A program made the position numbers and the translations under genes. Shown piece after piece: positions 1 through 12,345 of a DNA stretch of 43,763 bases (positions are counted from its first letter, which is position 1; the number at the start of each line of letters is the position of its first letter). The DNA comes from Octopus sinensis (Eukaryota). Location: contig NW_021834957.1 in the NCBI RefSeq assembly GCF_006345805.1, positions 1 through 43,763 on the forward strand, given 5' to 3'. The notes below the pieces were generated by a model that did not search any database, was not told the origin of the DNA, and saw only the letters and a list, made by a program, of their open reading frames with translations.

Positions 1-269
1 ATATATATATATACACACGTATCTACATAAGTCAAATGGTGAAACAAATAGAGAAGAACATATATATAATAGATGTGTGTGTGTGTGTGTGGTGTGTGTG
101 TGTGTGGTGTGTTGTGTGTACAACTCACTCAACAAGAACTCACTACTTGAATGGACCATTAACAAAACTTCACTGAAAAAGGATTTAGATAATCCTATCA
201 GATGGTGCTATTAAGTTAGACATGGACTGGACCAATCTTGGTCGAAACATATCTAAGTTTTATCTAAGT

Positions 270-322
<53 letters not shown>

Positions 323-324
<2 letters not shown>

Positions 325-540
325 CTTTTATTCTTTTTTTTTCAGTCATTTGGTTGCGGCCATACTAGAGCACCGCTTTTAGTCGAACAAATCAACCTCA
401 AGACCTATTCTTTGTAAGCTTAGTTATTTCTATCTGTTTTTTGTTTTTGTTGCCGAACCCCAAGTGGTTGGAGCGTAAACACACCAACATCAGTTGTCAA
501 GCGATAGTGGAAGGACAAACACAGACAGACAAACATAAAC
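323..540 (-). mobile_element. SINE family A, 3' half
   Basis: ttcagtcatt..gagcaccgc.ttagtcga..aaacacacca.catc.gttgtcaag motif shared with the full copies. Confidence 0.85.
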
Positions 541-879
541 ACATATACACACACACGCGCGCGCACACACAGACACACAGACACACAGACACACCACACA
601 CCACACACACACACACATATATAATATATATATATATTATATATATATATATATACATATTATATGAATGCGTTTATGTGCACACTACATGCAAATACAG
701 TCATTGAAGCATGCGATAGCGCCGAGTAGAAAATGAGAAACAAGAACTCAGAAATCTTAGGTCTTTACATATCTATATCTATAAAATTCACTGTGTGTGT
801 GCATACACACACGCACGTGTGCACGCATAAACGTGCGCGTGCACGCACACACATACCGTATAGAATAGAGGTAAACAGA

Positions 880-1190
<311 letters not shown>

Positions 1191-1281
1191 TTCGTAAAGT
1201 GCGGTCTCCAGTTTGGAGATGCTGGCAGTTGCTCAGGGATCTCACTGGTCTAGGGACCCAATGCTCTTTATATATATGTAA

Positions 1282-1480
1282 GGCGTGCTAGCAGAATCGT
1301 TATCGCGCTGCACAAAACACTTGTTCGTCTTTTCGTTCTGCACTGAAAATGCTATTGAGGTCGACTTTCATTTTTATTCCATCGGAGTTAATGAATTAAG
1401 TTCCAGTCGAGCATTTGTGTCGATGTAATGGATTAGCTCCACCCTACAAATTTCTGACTTGGTGCCTGTAGTAGAAAGGA
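1282..1480 (+). mobile_element. SINE family B, degenerate
   Basis: gcagaatcgtta..gaggtcgacttt..aagt.ccagt.gagca.t motifs. Confidence 0.7.
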
Positions 1481-2469
1481 ACACACACACACACACACCA
1501 TGCATTACAAATATATAAGTGAAATCTAATTAGCTGAAATAAGATCTTAGTCATGTGTATTAGACATTATAATGATGCATACATATAATTAGCGGAACAA
1601 ATGCGGTTGAATAGAGCCACGACTAACCAGTTCGTAGGTAAATGTATGACGAAATTGCTTCACATATTATATAATATAATACCATGCAACAAAACGAAAA
1701 TGAATACAACATAATAACCGGCTTCTGTGTTCTACGTAGACACTATGACACCTCTATGATGTCATTGTTTTAAGCTCAATGCAAAGTCTCAGATGAAGTC
1801 ACTGGCCAAACAAGTACAACTCTGAAATTTATAATTAGTAATAATAATTATAATAAAAAAAGGATATGAAATAATAGATAAAACTTGCTTTTTTCTTTAT
1901 TTTTCCAATTATAAAACAATCGATATTTACTTTTGTTTCATTATTGGAATGTATTTTTTAAAAAGATTTTGGACTTATTAGCAAAATATTCTGCCCATCG
2001 GCCAATTAATCTGCAAGTTTTATGACTGTACAATGTCATCTATGTTCGCTATAATTCGGAAAAAGGCGGTGGCGGACGCAGCAATTGTCAATTAAGATGT
2101 GTTAAGCTAACTTCGGCCATTGACGCAGTATCAGATGAAATCAAGGAATTGATATGTAATACAAATGAGGTAAGACGCATTGCAAATACAGAATACACGA
2201 TGTGTGTGAATGTGTGTGAGCGTCTTTTTCTTTATGTTTTTACTTCTTTTTTTATTTTGTTTTTGTTTTGCTATTTCCCACGTTTAGAAAATTGTATTAA
2301 GGGCTGGGAAAAGACATGTACACAATGCCCTTTTTTCGGCATCATAAGGGCCAGATTCATTCTTTGTTTCGTATTCATGTGTCATTAATAGACGTGCACT
2401 TACCTTGCAGGATTTCATTTAGAAACGGCTCTTTGATGTTAGAACTAATGATGATAATGATTATGATGA

Positions 2470-2499
2470 TCTTGACAACAACAACAGCAACAACAAAAA

Positions 2500-2555
<56 letters not shown>

Positions 2556-2556
2556 A
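2470..2556. repeat. (ACA)n-(AGT)n compound trinucleotide repeat
   Basis: Direct reading; source of the poly-T/poly-V ORFs. Confidence 0.97.
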
Positions 2557-2697
2557 TGATAGTGATTATTATTAGAAGAAGAAAACAATAATTGTCTGCA
2601 TCATTCGCATCATTATTATCATTAGTACCGCCAAACTGCTCATCATCCCCACCACCTTCATCTCTGCCGCAACGACAACGGGCTATAACAGCAGATA

Positions 2698-2884
2698 TGC
2701 TTCTTTCAGTTTCCATCCACCAAATTCCTCACAAAGCTTTGGTCGGTCTGAGGCTATAGTAGAAGACACTTGCCCAAGGTGTTTTGTCTTCTCAGACACT
2801 TGCCCATGAGGCCGCGCAGTGAGACTGTACCAGGAACCATATATTTGGGAAGCAAGTTTCTTATCATTCAGCCATACCTGTGCC
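2698..2884 (-). mobile_element. SINE family A, 5' half
   Basis: cttctttcagtttcc..gctatagtagaagacacttgcccaagg; small internal duplication. Confidence 0.85.
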
Positions 2885-3138
2885 CAACCCTTTTTTTGGT
2901 TTTATTTTCCCCTCCAACATCTATTCAGGTGTTGATTCCCCCTTTTTAAACACTACATTGAATACTACCACCATGCATATATAGTCATGGGTATTCGTCA
3001 TAATTTTGGTATCTTGTCCATCCCTGATAGCTATCGTATCTAGTTGCTTTCATATATTAATACGTTGTTGGTGAGTTGCTTTGGTTATTATAAAACCAGC
3101 ACACACACAGACACACACACTCACAAACACACTCAACA

Positions 3139-3179
<41 letters not shown>

Positions 3180-3694
3180 GTTCCATCGCGCAACATGTAA
3201 CGGTTTTCTCTATTTTCTACGTCACGAGAAACAGAAACATTGAACGTGGGTGGCTTTGTATGCAGAAGATCAATGTGGCAGAGCTGCGTGACAAAGGTAA
3301 GTACTGTTATTTCTGACCAGTACTGTTCTTGCTTTAAGAAAAGCGATAAAAAAAAAAAAGCTATAAGTACGTTGAGAGGATGCAAGAATTTTCTTTTTTT
3401 TTTTTTCAACAATCGAAGCAAATCTTACAAGTAATGCTGCCGACATCTAAGAAATATTTCATCAGTTGGTTGACATAAAGTCTTCACACTTATATGTACA
3501 AAACAATTTCAGGAAGATGCAAAATAGCAGACCTAGTAAGTATGATATCACGTGGTCACAATGCCCTTTGCATTATTTAAATTTGGAATGATATCATTGC
3601 GCTGGCAAGGCGAACAGGCCAACACTTCTCCTGATGAAAAAGCTAGTCTATCGCAGGGTTACGTATAATGATGGGTTATCAATTCAAGCCATTT

Positions 3695-3828
3695 CACATT
3701 GAATTGAGCAATCGGAGATGAAGTGCTGTTCTCAAGAACACAACGTCCAGCCGGTCTGGGAATCAAAACCACGATTTTAGGATCGTCAGTGCAGCACACT
3801 TAACTACTAGGTCACGATACACTCCAAA
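3695..3828 (-). mobile_element. Degenerate head D SINE fragment
   Basis: gaagtgctgttctcaagaacacaacg..ggaatcaaaaccacgat matches 7075-7180. Confidence 0.7.
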
Positions 3829-4424
3829 CAAATTACTTTTGCCAGAATAACTGAGTCGGTAAAATGCAAGGGCTGACCTTAAGGTTATTGGAACAATGCA
3901 TTCTTTTGGATCATAATAATCTTCGTGACGCTATGAGTAGGTCGTGGCTGCTGATACCACATAAAATTATGTGGTCATGTCTTTATGACCCCTGAAGACC
4001 TAAAGCATATTCCAGAACTTTTTACAGTCATTGTTGCAGAAAGAAGAGTGATGGGACGGGACTAGCAATGCATAGGAAGAAGCCAAGTTACTTACTATAC
4101 CTGTAGCAAAAAACAAAACCCAGCAGAAGGCTTTTATTTTTATCGCAGGAACAGAAAAAAGCAAAAAAGGAATAAGATAGTGATAACAAGCATCTGAAGA
4201 TGCTTCTGTTTTCAGAGCATCATCGGTCAAAGCTCCAGAATTGCTGGTAGACATCAACCTTAGCCCCATTTCCACAAGGTGATAAAAAAAGTAGAGCAAT
4301 ATACCACTTAGACTTAGATTGTCATGAGCTCTAGGAATCACAAAGCCGAAGTTTACACTTTAACCATCTACAAATTTGAGGATAAGAAATAGAGCCATAA
4401 ACATGATATACTCCTGTTTATGAA

Positions 4425-4550
4425 ATTTGCCCTTCATCCTTTCTGGGCGGATGGCAAAGTCAATAAAATAAATGCCAGTTGAGAACTGAGGTCAATGTCA
4501 CGAACTTACCCGCTCCCTCGAAATTACTGGCCTTGTGCCAAAATTTGAAA
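4425..4550 (+). mobile_element. SINE family B, 3' fragment
   Basis: tttgcccttcatcctttc..ggccttgtgccaaaatttgaaa. Confidence 0.7.
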
Positions 4551-5224
4551 ATATATAGGCTCAGCTTCGCATATAGGACCCGCAATATGTGGTGGACAGT
4601 ACTTATTGGTTGGTAAAAGACAAAGAGCTATCAATTACAGTAATAGCACTTCACCAAAAAAACTCGCGGCACGGCAAATGCTTGAATAACTTTTATCCCG
4701 TTCAACAAGGTTGATCCAGTGCTAAACAACACCAAACGTGCATGACTGAAATGAGTCAATGAAAAAGCTTCAATTTTGATTTGCTAGAAATAGGAGCAAC
4801 GTTTCTCTGAAATCACAATCTCAACCAGCTTAAATTTGGAAGGCAAATTTGAGCAAGAAAGTGAAAAATATCTCAAGAATAATACGGCGGAAACACAACT
4901 TGAATGCACTCACTCAGGGTAAACCTGGGGTTAAAAACCGACAAAACAGCAAAATGCAATGGTTAAAGAGAAATTACATTGACGTATATACATTATACTC
5001 AATAAACACAGACACCTTTCACTTATGTATCCTTTCAATGCTCTATTTGTCTACGCGTAAGTATACAATCAGAAAAGGTTATATATTTAGCTATATTTAG
5101 TGTCAAACTATTAGCTGGTTTGATTTTGCTATTTATACGGTGGCGTATTCTGCTTCATGCTATTTGTATTTTCATTCGTTCAGAAAGTGTTTGTGTAAGA
5201 CATATTATAAGTAACTCACAAACA

Positions 5225-5235
5225 CGCTCTCTCTT

Positions 5236-5291
<56 letters not shown>

Positions 5292-5360
5292 TACACTACA
5301 CACACACACACAGAGACAAATTGATAGATAGATAGATAGATAGATAAACAGATAGGTAGG

Positions 5361-5391
<31 letters not shown>

Positions 5392-5465
5392 CCAAATAGG
5401 TAAACAGATAGAAAGATAGCTAGAAAGATAGATAGATAGAAAGATAGAGAGATAGACAGACAGAC

Positions 5466-5516
<51 letters not shown>

Positions 5517-5620
5517 CACACAGACAGACACTCCAGACAGATATATAGATTATAAGCATGCGTTTATATATATATGTATGTGTGTGTGTGCATGTGTGTG
5601 TGTGTGTTTGTGTGTGTGGG
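5225..5620. repeat. (CT)n, (GATA)n/(GACA)n and (TG)n microsatellites
   Basis: Direct reading. Confidence 0.97.
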
Positions 5621-5624
5621 GGGG

Positions 5625-5845
5625 TGTATGGTACGATGTTTGCTTCCCAACCATGTGATTGTGGGTTCAGTCCCACTGTGTGGCACGTTTGAACAAGTGT
5701 CTTCTACTAATAGCCCAGGCTCGACGAAAGCCTTGCAAGTAGATTTGTTAGGCGTGTCCTTTGAGTCCGTGCTTGTCAAGCACCCAAGTAGTGTTGGTGT
5801 GTTTACGTGACTGTAACCTAGCGGTTCGACAAAATTGACTGATAC
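5625..5845 (+). mobile_element. SINE family A, degenerate and internally deleted
   Basis: gggttcagtcccactg.gtggcac..caagtgtcttctact..gcggttcgacaaa. Confidence 0.8.
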
Positions 5846-5882
5846 ACTTAGTCGCTATAATTTTGCAAGTCTGTATCGCAGC

Positions 5883-6095
5883 AAGACCTTTTAATAAATG
5901 AGAAATACCTTTTGCTGAGCAAACGTAGGATTGCTAGAAGTGCTGTATCAGGAGTACAAGGCAAATGAAATTGACGAAGAAAACGGATCAAATTTCTTAT
6001 AGGTGCGATGATTATAGTGGAGTTGTAAAGAGAGATTAATCGATATGTAATAAAAAATAATTAAAAAACATTATGTGCGCGAATGTGTGTGTATT
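5883..6095. repeat. ~200-bp direct repeat, partner 7876-8074
   Basis: aagaccttttaataaatgag.aataccttt..caaacgtaggattgctagaagtg.tgtatcag...gttgtaaagagagattaat in both copies; diverged with indels. Confidence 0.9.
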
Positions 6096-6099
6096 TATT

Positions 6100-6305
6100 G
6101 TGTGGTAAGTAGCTTCCTTACCAACCACATGGTTCCGGGTTCAGTCCCACTGCGTGGCAACTTGGGCAAGTGTCTTCTACTATAGCCACGGGCCGACTAA
6201 AGCCTTGTGAGTGGATTTAGTAGACGGAAACTGAAAAGAAGCCCATCGTATATATGTACATGTATATATCTGTGTGTGTGCTTGTGTGTCTGTGTTTGAC
6301 CCCCC
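6100..6305 (+). mobile_element. SINE family A, 5' half
   Basis: gtggtaagtagcttccttaccaaccacatggttccgggttcagtcccactgcgtggc..gaagcccatcgt. Confidence 0.9.
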
Positions 6306-6363
6306 TTCCACCATAATTTTGTTCCCGCCAACATATATGTGTGTTTGTGCGTGTGTGTGTGTA

Positions 6364-6408
<45 letters not shown>

Positions 6409-6865
6409 ATGTATGTATGTATGTATGTATGTATGTATGTATGTATGTATGTATGTATCTATGTATAAGCCATATAGCTTGCTATTCAAGTATATTAGGT
6501 ACAAGGAAATGGTAAATGCAAACTTGACTACAGAATACATGTCGGCAAAACACAAACGCATAAAGACCCATACTTAGTGACACAATCAAGAACTTTCACA
6601 TAAATATATACACAATCAAAGACATTCACGAAACTACCACTATTAGGTAGAAGTGTGTGTGTGTGTGTGTGTGTGTGTAGATGAAAAATGATATCCGTGT
6701 AAAAATAGATAACTAATTAACAAACAAGCTTGTTAACTAGCTAAATTACTAGTTAGGCAGCTTGTTAACATTTCAATTGATTAACCAAGTACATATTGAG
6801 ATACAGCCATTTTATGTTTTTAGATACGTAAATTCGTAACGTTAGTCCTATAGTAACAGTGAATA

Positions 6866-7388
6866 CACGAGGTCTGATCAAAAAGTACACGCACTGTTGT
6901 TATCGAAACGGAGATAAAGTAATAATAAAATAAGTGCGCCCTTTTAAATCCGAGCCAGGCTCATGGGCCCGGTTTCCCTGTTTCAATGGCGTATATGTTC
7001 CCCAGCCGGACGGGACGCCAGTCCATCGCAGCGTTACTCATCTTTGCCAGCTGAGAGGACTGGAGCAACGTGAATTGAAGTGTTTTGCTCAGGAACACAA
7101 CGCGTCGCCCGGTCCAGGAATCGAAACCACAATCTTACGATCATGATGCTGACACCTGAACCACTAATACACGCGTCTCCACAGCGGAGATAAAGTACGT
7201 AACATGAATGCGTTTGGCACAGATTGATTTTGAACTGTGTCGTGCATTCACAGTAAAGTATAATGTTCTCGCTCACTTCCGTTGTTTATAGCAATGCTCC
7301 GCAATCATTTTTGACCTGCCGTAAACTCATATTATTTTCAAAATTCAGTAGTAAACTTAAACTGAATTCTTTTTGATCAAACATTGTA
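6866..7388. mobile_element. Mariner-like non-autonomous element interrupted by a SINE
   Basis: Left end ta|cacgaggtctgatcaaaaagta; degenerate right end ctttttgatcaaacattg|ta. The 13-bp SINE TSD lies inside it. Confidence 0.45.
6922..7184 (-). mobile_element. tRNA-derived SINE, head D + tail Y
   Basis: 13-bp TSD cggagataaagta (6909-6921, 7185-7197); box B ggtttcgattcc; tail ...gggcccatgagcctggc..aagggcgcac. Confidence 0.9.
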
Positions 7389-7401
7389 TAAAGAGACAAG
7401 G

Positions 7402-7786
7402 GTGGAGGCGCAATGGCCCAGGGGTTAGGGCAGCGGACTCGCGGTCATATGATCGCGGTTTCGATTCCCAGACCGGGCGTTGTGAGTGTTTATTGAGCGA
7501 AAACACCTAAAGCTCCACGACCTCCTGCAGGGGATGGTAGTGATCCCTGCTGTACTCTTTCACCACAACTTCCTCTCACTCTTACTTCCTGTTTCTGTTG
7601 TACCTGTATTTCAAAGGGCCGGCCTTGTCACTCGCTATGTCACGCTGAATATCCCCGAGAACTACGTTAAGGGTACATGTGTCTGCGGAGTGCTCAGCCA
7701 CTTACACGTTAATTTCACGAGCAGGCTGTTCCGTTGATTCGGATCAACCGGAACCCTCGTTGTCGTAACCGACGGAGTGCTTCCAC
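7402..7786 (+). mobile_element. tRNA-derived SINE, head C + tail X
   Basis: 13-bp TSD taaagagacaagg (7389-7401, 7787-7799); box A/B head gtggaggcgcaatggccca..ggtttcgattccc. Confidence 0.9.
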
Positions 7787-8146
7787 TAAAGAGACAAGGA
7801 AGGGTAAATCTCGCATCGAACAATAATAACACAAAAACAATTAGCTACGCCAATTGCAATAAAATAGAACAACGTAAGACCTTTTAATAAATGAGGAATA
7901 CCTTTTCCAGGTCAAACGTAGGATTGCTAGAAGTGGTGTATCAGAAGTACACGCGCAAATGAAATTGAAGAAAAGGGATCACATTTCTTGTACAGGTGAT
8001 GATTGCAGTAGAGTTGTAAAGAGAGATTAATATATATTTGATAAAAACAATTATATGCACGAATGTGTGTGCATTATATATATATTTATATATATATATA
8101 TAACAAAGTAGAGTTGTAAGGTACCGCACGAGTGGAATTATATACA

Positions 8147-8228
8147 AAAGAAGGTTTGAAAATGCAATTTTAAAAGATGTTTATTTACTTTTTAACATCT
8201 TTTAAAATTGCATTTTCAAACCTTCTTT
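8147..8228. repeat. Perfect 35-bp inverted repeat with 12-nt spacer
   Basis: aaagaaggtttgaaaatgcaattttaaaagatgtt / aacatcttttaaaattgcattttcaaaccttcttt. Confidence 0.95.
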
Positions 8229-8773
8229 CATATATATATATTGCCTTCGAATCGCGGAGTTGATGAAACAGGGACTCCTTATGAAGGGGAATATTCTTTA
8301 AATTGCATTTCTCCTTTCTCTGTTTGTTTGTTTTTTTTTTCGTTGTCCGAATAAAAGTTCATTTTCTATGTTTTTGTTTTTATGTTTTCGTTTCTCATTG
8401 TGTTCAAAGTTTTTTGATGTCCTGTACTCATATATGCATGTATATATACATATATTTGTAGGTATGTCCACATATGTATGTATATATGCGTATATTTATA
8501 TTATATTATATATATATATATACATATATATATGTATATATGTTCCCTACAAACAACCCACGTTTTGGATCCGGCCTGGGTATTGAAAAGGTTATAAAGA
8601 TATTCGTATGTCATTTTTCTGATCAGGCATTTTGTCTGTCAATCTTGTACTTTTCTGTTTCTTAACAAATTACTTAGCAATTGCAACATTTGTTTATTTG
8701 ATTCTTTTTCTTTTTTTTTTTATATGGGATTACCAACCAGAGATATTTCAATACAATACCATACAAAGAAAAT

Positions 8774-9086
8774 GTGGAGGCGCAATGACCCTGTAGTCAG
8801 GGCAGCGGACTCGCGGTCGGAGGATCGCGGTTTCGATTCCCAGACCTGGCGTTGTGTGTGTTTATTGAACGAAAATACCTAAAGCTCCACGAGTCTCCGG
8901 CAGGGGATAGTGGTGACCCCTGTTGTACTCTTTCGCTACAACTTTCTCTCACTCTTTCTTCCTGTTTCTTGGGTAACGCTGCGATGGACTGGCGTCCCAT
9001 CCAGCTGCGGGGAACACATACGCCATAGAAATCGGGAAACCGGGCCCATGAGCCTGGCTAGGCTTGATAAGGGCGCATAAATAATT
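8774..9086 (+). mobile_element. tRNA-derived SINE, head C + tail Y
   Basis: 13-bp TSD atacaaagaaaat (8761-8773, 9087-9099); head as at 7402, tail as in the 6922 element. Confidence 0.9.
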
Positions 9087-9680
9087 ATACAAAGAAAATA
9101 CAAACGTAAAAGAACAAAAAAGAGCAGCATGGCTACTTTTCCTTTTACGTAACTTGTTCCAGTCTGATTCTTAAGCTTATGCAGTATTTGATTCTCTATT
9201 CATTTTAGTTGTAGGTACAAGATCACACAAGCGAAGGAAAGTTGGCTGTTATTTACGTCAGTAAAGCATAAATTGTGAAAAATACCGCCGTTCGTTTCAG
9301 TCTTAGAGCAGGTCAATTAGTGGTCCACTGCAATCTTGAAGGTAAGCGTGAAAAATGTGTTTTTATACAAGAATGGGCGTAACAATTACCGCACCAGGTA
9401 GTTTCATTCAAAAGTAGTGATTTACAGAGATTTATCGTCACGAATTTTTTTTTTTAATCTTTCACCGTAAACATACAAACACACATACGAATACTCGCGT
9501 GCTTGTCTACATACACATACACTCATATATATATATAAGAATTTTTTGCGTAATTAAATAAAAAAGCCAAGGCTGTATAGATATTAGAGTATTTATAGAT
9601 AGGTCTTACAGCTGTTTCTAGGATATCAATTAATAATATCCCTTCATCGGAGACGGTGTGAGAGGAAAAATTAAGTTATA

Positions 9681-9807
9681 AGTAATTGAGCGAAAACACC
9701 TAAATCTCCACGACGCTCCTGCCGGAGGTGGTAGCGACCCCTGTTGTACTCTTTCGCCCCAACTTTCTCTCACACATTCTTCCTGTTTCTTGGGTAACGC
9801 TGCGATA
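9681..9807 (+). mobile_element. Internal fragment of a head C + tail Y SINE
   Basis: attgagcgaaaacacctaaa...cttgggtaacgctgcgat matches ~8865-8985. Confidence 0.8.
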
Positions 9808-9835
9808 CCTTTGAGTCTCAATGACACCATTATCT

Positions 9836-9874
<39 letters not shown>

Positions 9875-10489
9875 GATATTAGTTGTTATTATTCCAAATA
9901 AGTTCAAGTATGCAAGTAATAAAGTTCAAAATGCACAGAGAATACATTAGAATTAATTAGAATTCAATTAAATTTTAAATTATAGGAATACACTTTCGCA
10001 CTAGATTGTCAAAAGGGTTTCGCGAATTATGTCTTACCTGGCCGTCGGTACAAAAGCTGTGTTTACTGACAGAATGCATCTCAGAGCATTATACGTTAAC
10101 GTACAAATTCATTGGTTAATGTTCATTTATTAAGCTCATGTGGCAGTCACGTGTGTGTGTGTGTGTGTGTGTGTACACTGCATACAGCAGCACTGAATTT
10201 ATTTCTAGCTTCTCTAAGCTTTATGCACATCAGCATAGGTTCTGTTCTTACTGGATGTCACCTACATATTTGGCATTCGTAACTGACGAAGTGAAAACAA
10301 CACGGAAACGTGTGCATCCTTTCTATCGAATAATGTCATTCACAATCTATCTGGGTTTTTTTTTCCAAGGACTAGTTCCGCAATGGAAGGTCATATCATG
10401 CCCGAGTTAACATATTCATTGTGACTTCGCAATGATATAAATATGTATGAATGCTAACATTTATGTCTGTTATATATATATACTATCAT

Positions 10490-10944
10490 ACTCTTTTACT
10501 TGTGGCCATGCTGGAGCACCACCTTTAGTCGAGCAACTCGACCCCAGGACTTATACTTTGTAAGCCTAGTACTTATTCTATCGGTCTCTTCTGCCGAACC
10601 GCTAAGTTTCGGGAACGCAAACACACCAAGCGATGTTGGACACACACACACACACACACACACACACCACACACACACACACATATATATATATATAATA
10701 TATATATATATATATTATATATATATATATATGCATACATACATACATACATACATACATACATACATACATAAATACATACGACGGGCTTATTTTCAGT
10801 TTCCGCCTACCAGATCCACTCACAAAGCTTTGGTCAGTCCGAGGCTATAGTTGAAGGCACTTGCCTAAGTTGCCACGCAGTGGGAATGAAACCTGAACCA
10901 TGTAGTTGGTAAGCAAATTACTTACCACACAGCCACTCCCGCGC
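10490..10944 (-). mobile_element. SINE family A, full length with internal microsatellite
   Basis: tRNA-like head, CORE-like cttgggcaagtg, (CA)/(TA)/(CATA) block, ctttta-repeat tail. Confidence 0.9.
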
Positions 10945-11616
10945 TTGCTTACCACACATCCATCCACTCCTGCGATTTTTAAAATTTCTGTCAGTAATTT
11001 AGGTACCCATAATCGGCCCGTCTTCACACGTCACCCATCTTGTTTGATTTAGCGAAATTTACGCTTTAAAGGACGTGATCTTTAGTTACCAGTTTGATCA
11101 AGGTCTTTTTGCTTTGCTATTTGTTTTTGCCTGTGACCGAAGTATAAGTGCACTGAGTGTATACTAAACATTATTATTAATTATCGCATTATTTTGGATA
11201 ACAAAGCTTTTGTTTGTTATCACAACACATGATACTTTTATTGCATCAAACACGTGAAACACAAAAGGTTTAAAACGAAGTATGAAAATTTGAAAAAAAT
11301 TATTTATAAAATATTACAAAAGGTTTAATTGTATTCTAACAATTCCTAATACAAATTCAAATTACTTACAAGCATATTAATCATTATCTCTTTAAACAAA
11401 GATAATATATGTTTTAAAGTGGGGTTATCTAAAATCGAAATGAGAACTCTTTCTTCTAAAATGCAGGCATGGTCGCCCACACACGCACACTAAGTTTTAT
11501 GATAAGCACAGTACGTAAATCTACGTGCACACAAAATATTAGTTGCATTGTGAGTATGCAATCCTTAAAACATGGTTCTTTAACTTGTATGTACGTTGTA
11601 TGTTCCAGCAGCTTAA

Positions 11617-11816
11617 GGTGGTGAGCTGGCAGAATCGTTACCGCACTGGGCAAAATGCTTATGAGCAGGTCGTCTGTCTTTATGTCTTGAGTTCAAATTC
11701 CTCCTAGGTCGACTTTCAGAGTCGTTAAAATAAGTACCAGCTGAGCACTGGGAGTTGATGCAATTCACTTACCCTCTCTCGCAAAATTGTTGCCTATGTG
11801 CCAATATTTGAAACCA
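11617..11816 (+). mobile_element. SINE family B
   Basis: ggtggtgagctggcagaatcgtta..gagttcaaattc..aagtaccag..tgtgccaatatttgaaacc. Confidence 0.85.
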
Positions 11817-11890
11817 ACATCTTCCAGTAATTAGCTTGTGTGTGTATACAGGGTGTACATAGGTCTTTTTCTCTTATATGTTTGTAAAGG

Positions 11891-12345
11891 CGATTTACTT
11901 ACATAAAGGCTACTATAAAAATAATAATATGATCAGTAAAGTAGAACACCATTGAAAGAAATAAATAGTTTAATCACTAAAACCATGATGAAGTATATAT
12001 ACCATATTATCAACAATAGAAATAGATTATATAGAATTTATTCAATATTTCTATCATTATACTTAATTATTTACTTATTAGGTGGTATCTATAAAGACTG
12101 ATCACTGGTATTACTAAAAGAATATTGGGGTGATAGAACATGTTAACTATATATCAATTATAAGCTAAGCGGTTTAATATTTAAAGTTTCCAGTGCTAAT
12201 ACATACATGATAATATAGATTCATAGGGGTGCATAATTAGGAGGATTACTTACATAAAGGCCTTTATAAAAGTAATAATGTGATCAGAAGGGTGGAACAC
12301 TATAGAAAGGAATAAATGGCTTCATTACTAAAATCATAAAATCAT
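11891..12345. repeat. Diverged tandem duplication, period ~351 bp
   Basis: ttacttacataaaggc..tataaaa.taataat.tgatcag..g.gt.gaacac at ~11895 and ~12246. Confidence 0.8.

Noticed and set aside
2020-2175. Open frame ending at a GAG|GTAAGA donor (..SDEIKELICNTNE)
   Set aside because: No plausible acceptor or start codon in frame after the upstream stop.
4000-4341. 113-aa hydrophobic minus-strand ORF resembling a membrane protein
   Set aside because: No recognisable motif or convincing splice context. The opposite strand (PEDLKHIPELFTVIVAERR..) may be a decayed retroelement ORF1, but that is too weak to call.
6922-9086. tRNA genes at the SINE heads
   Set aside because: Box A/B are present, but no complete cloverleaf; they run into SINE bodies with TSDs.
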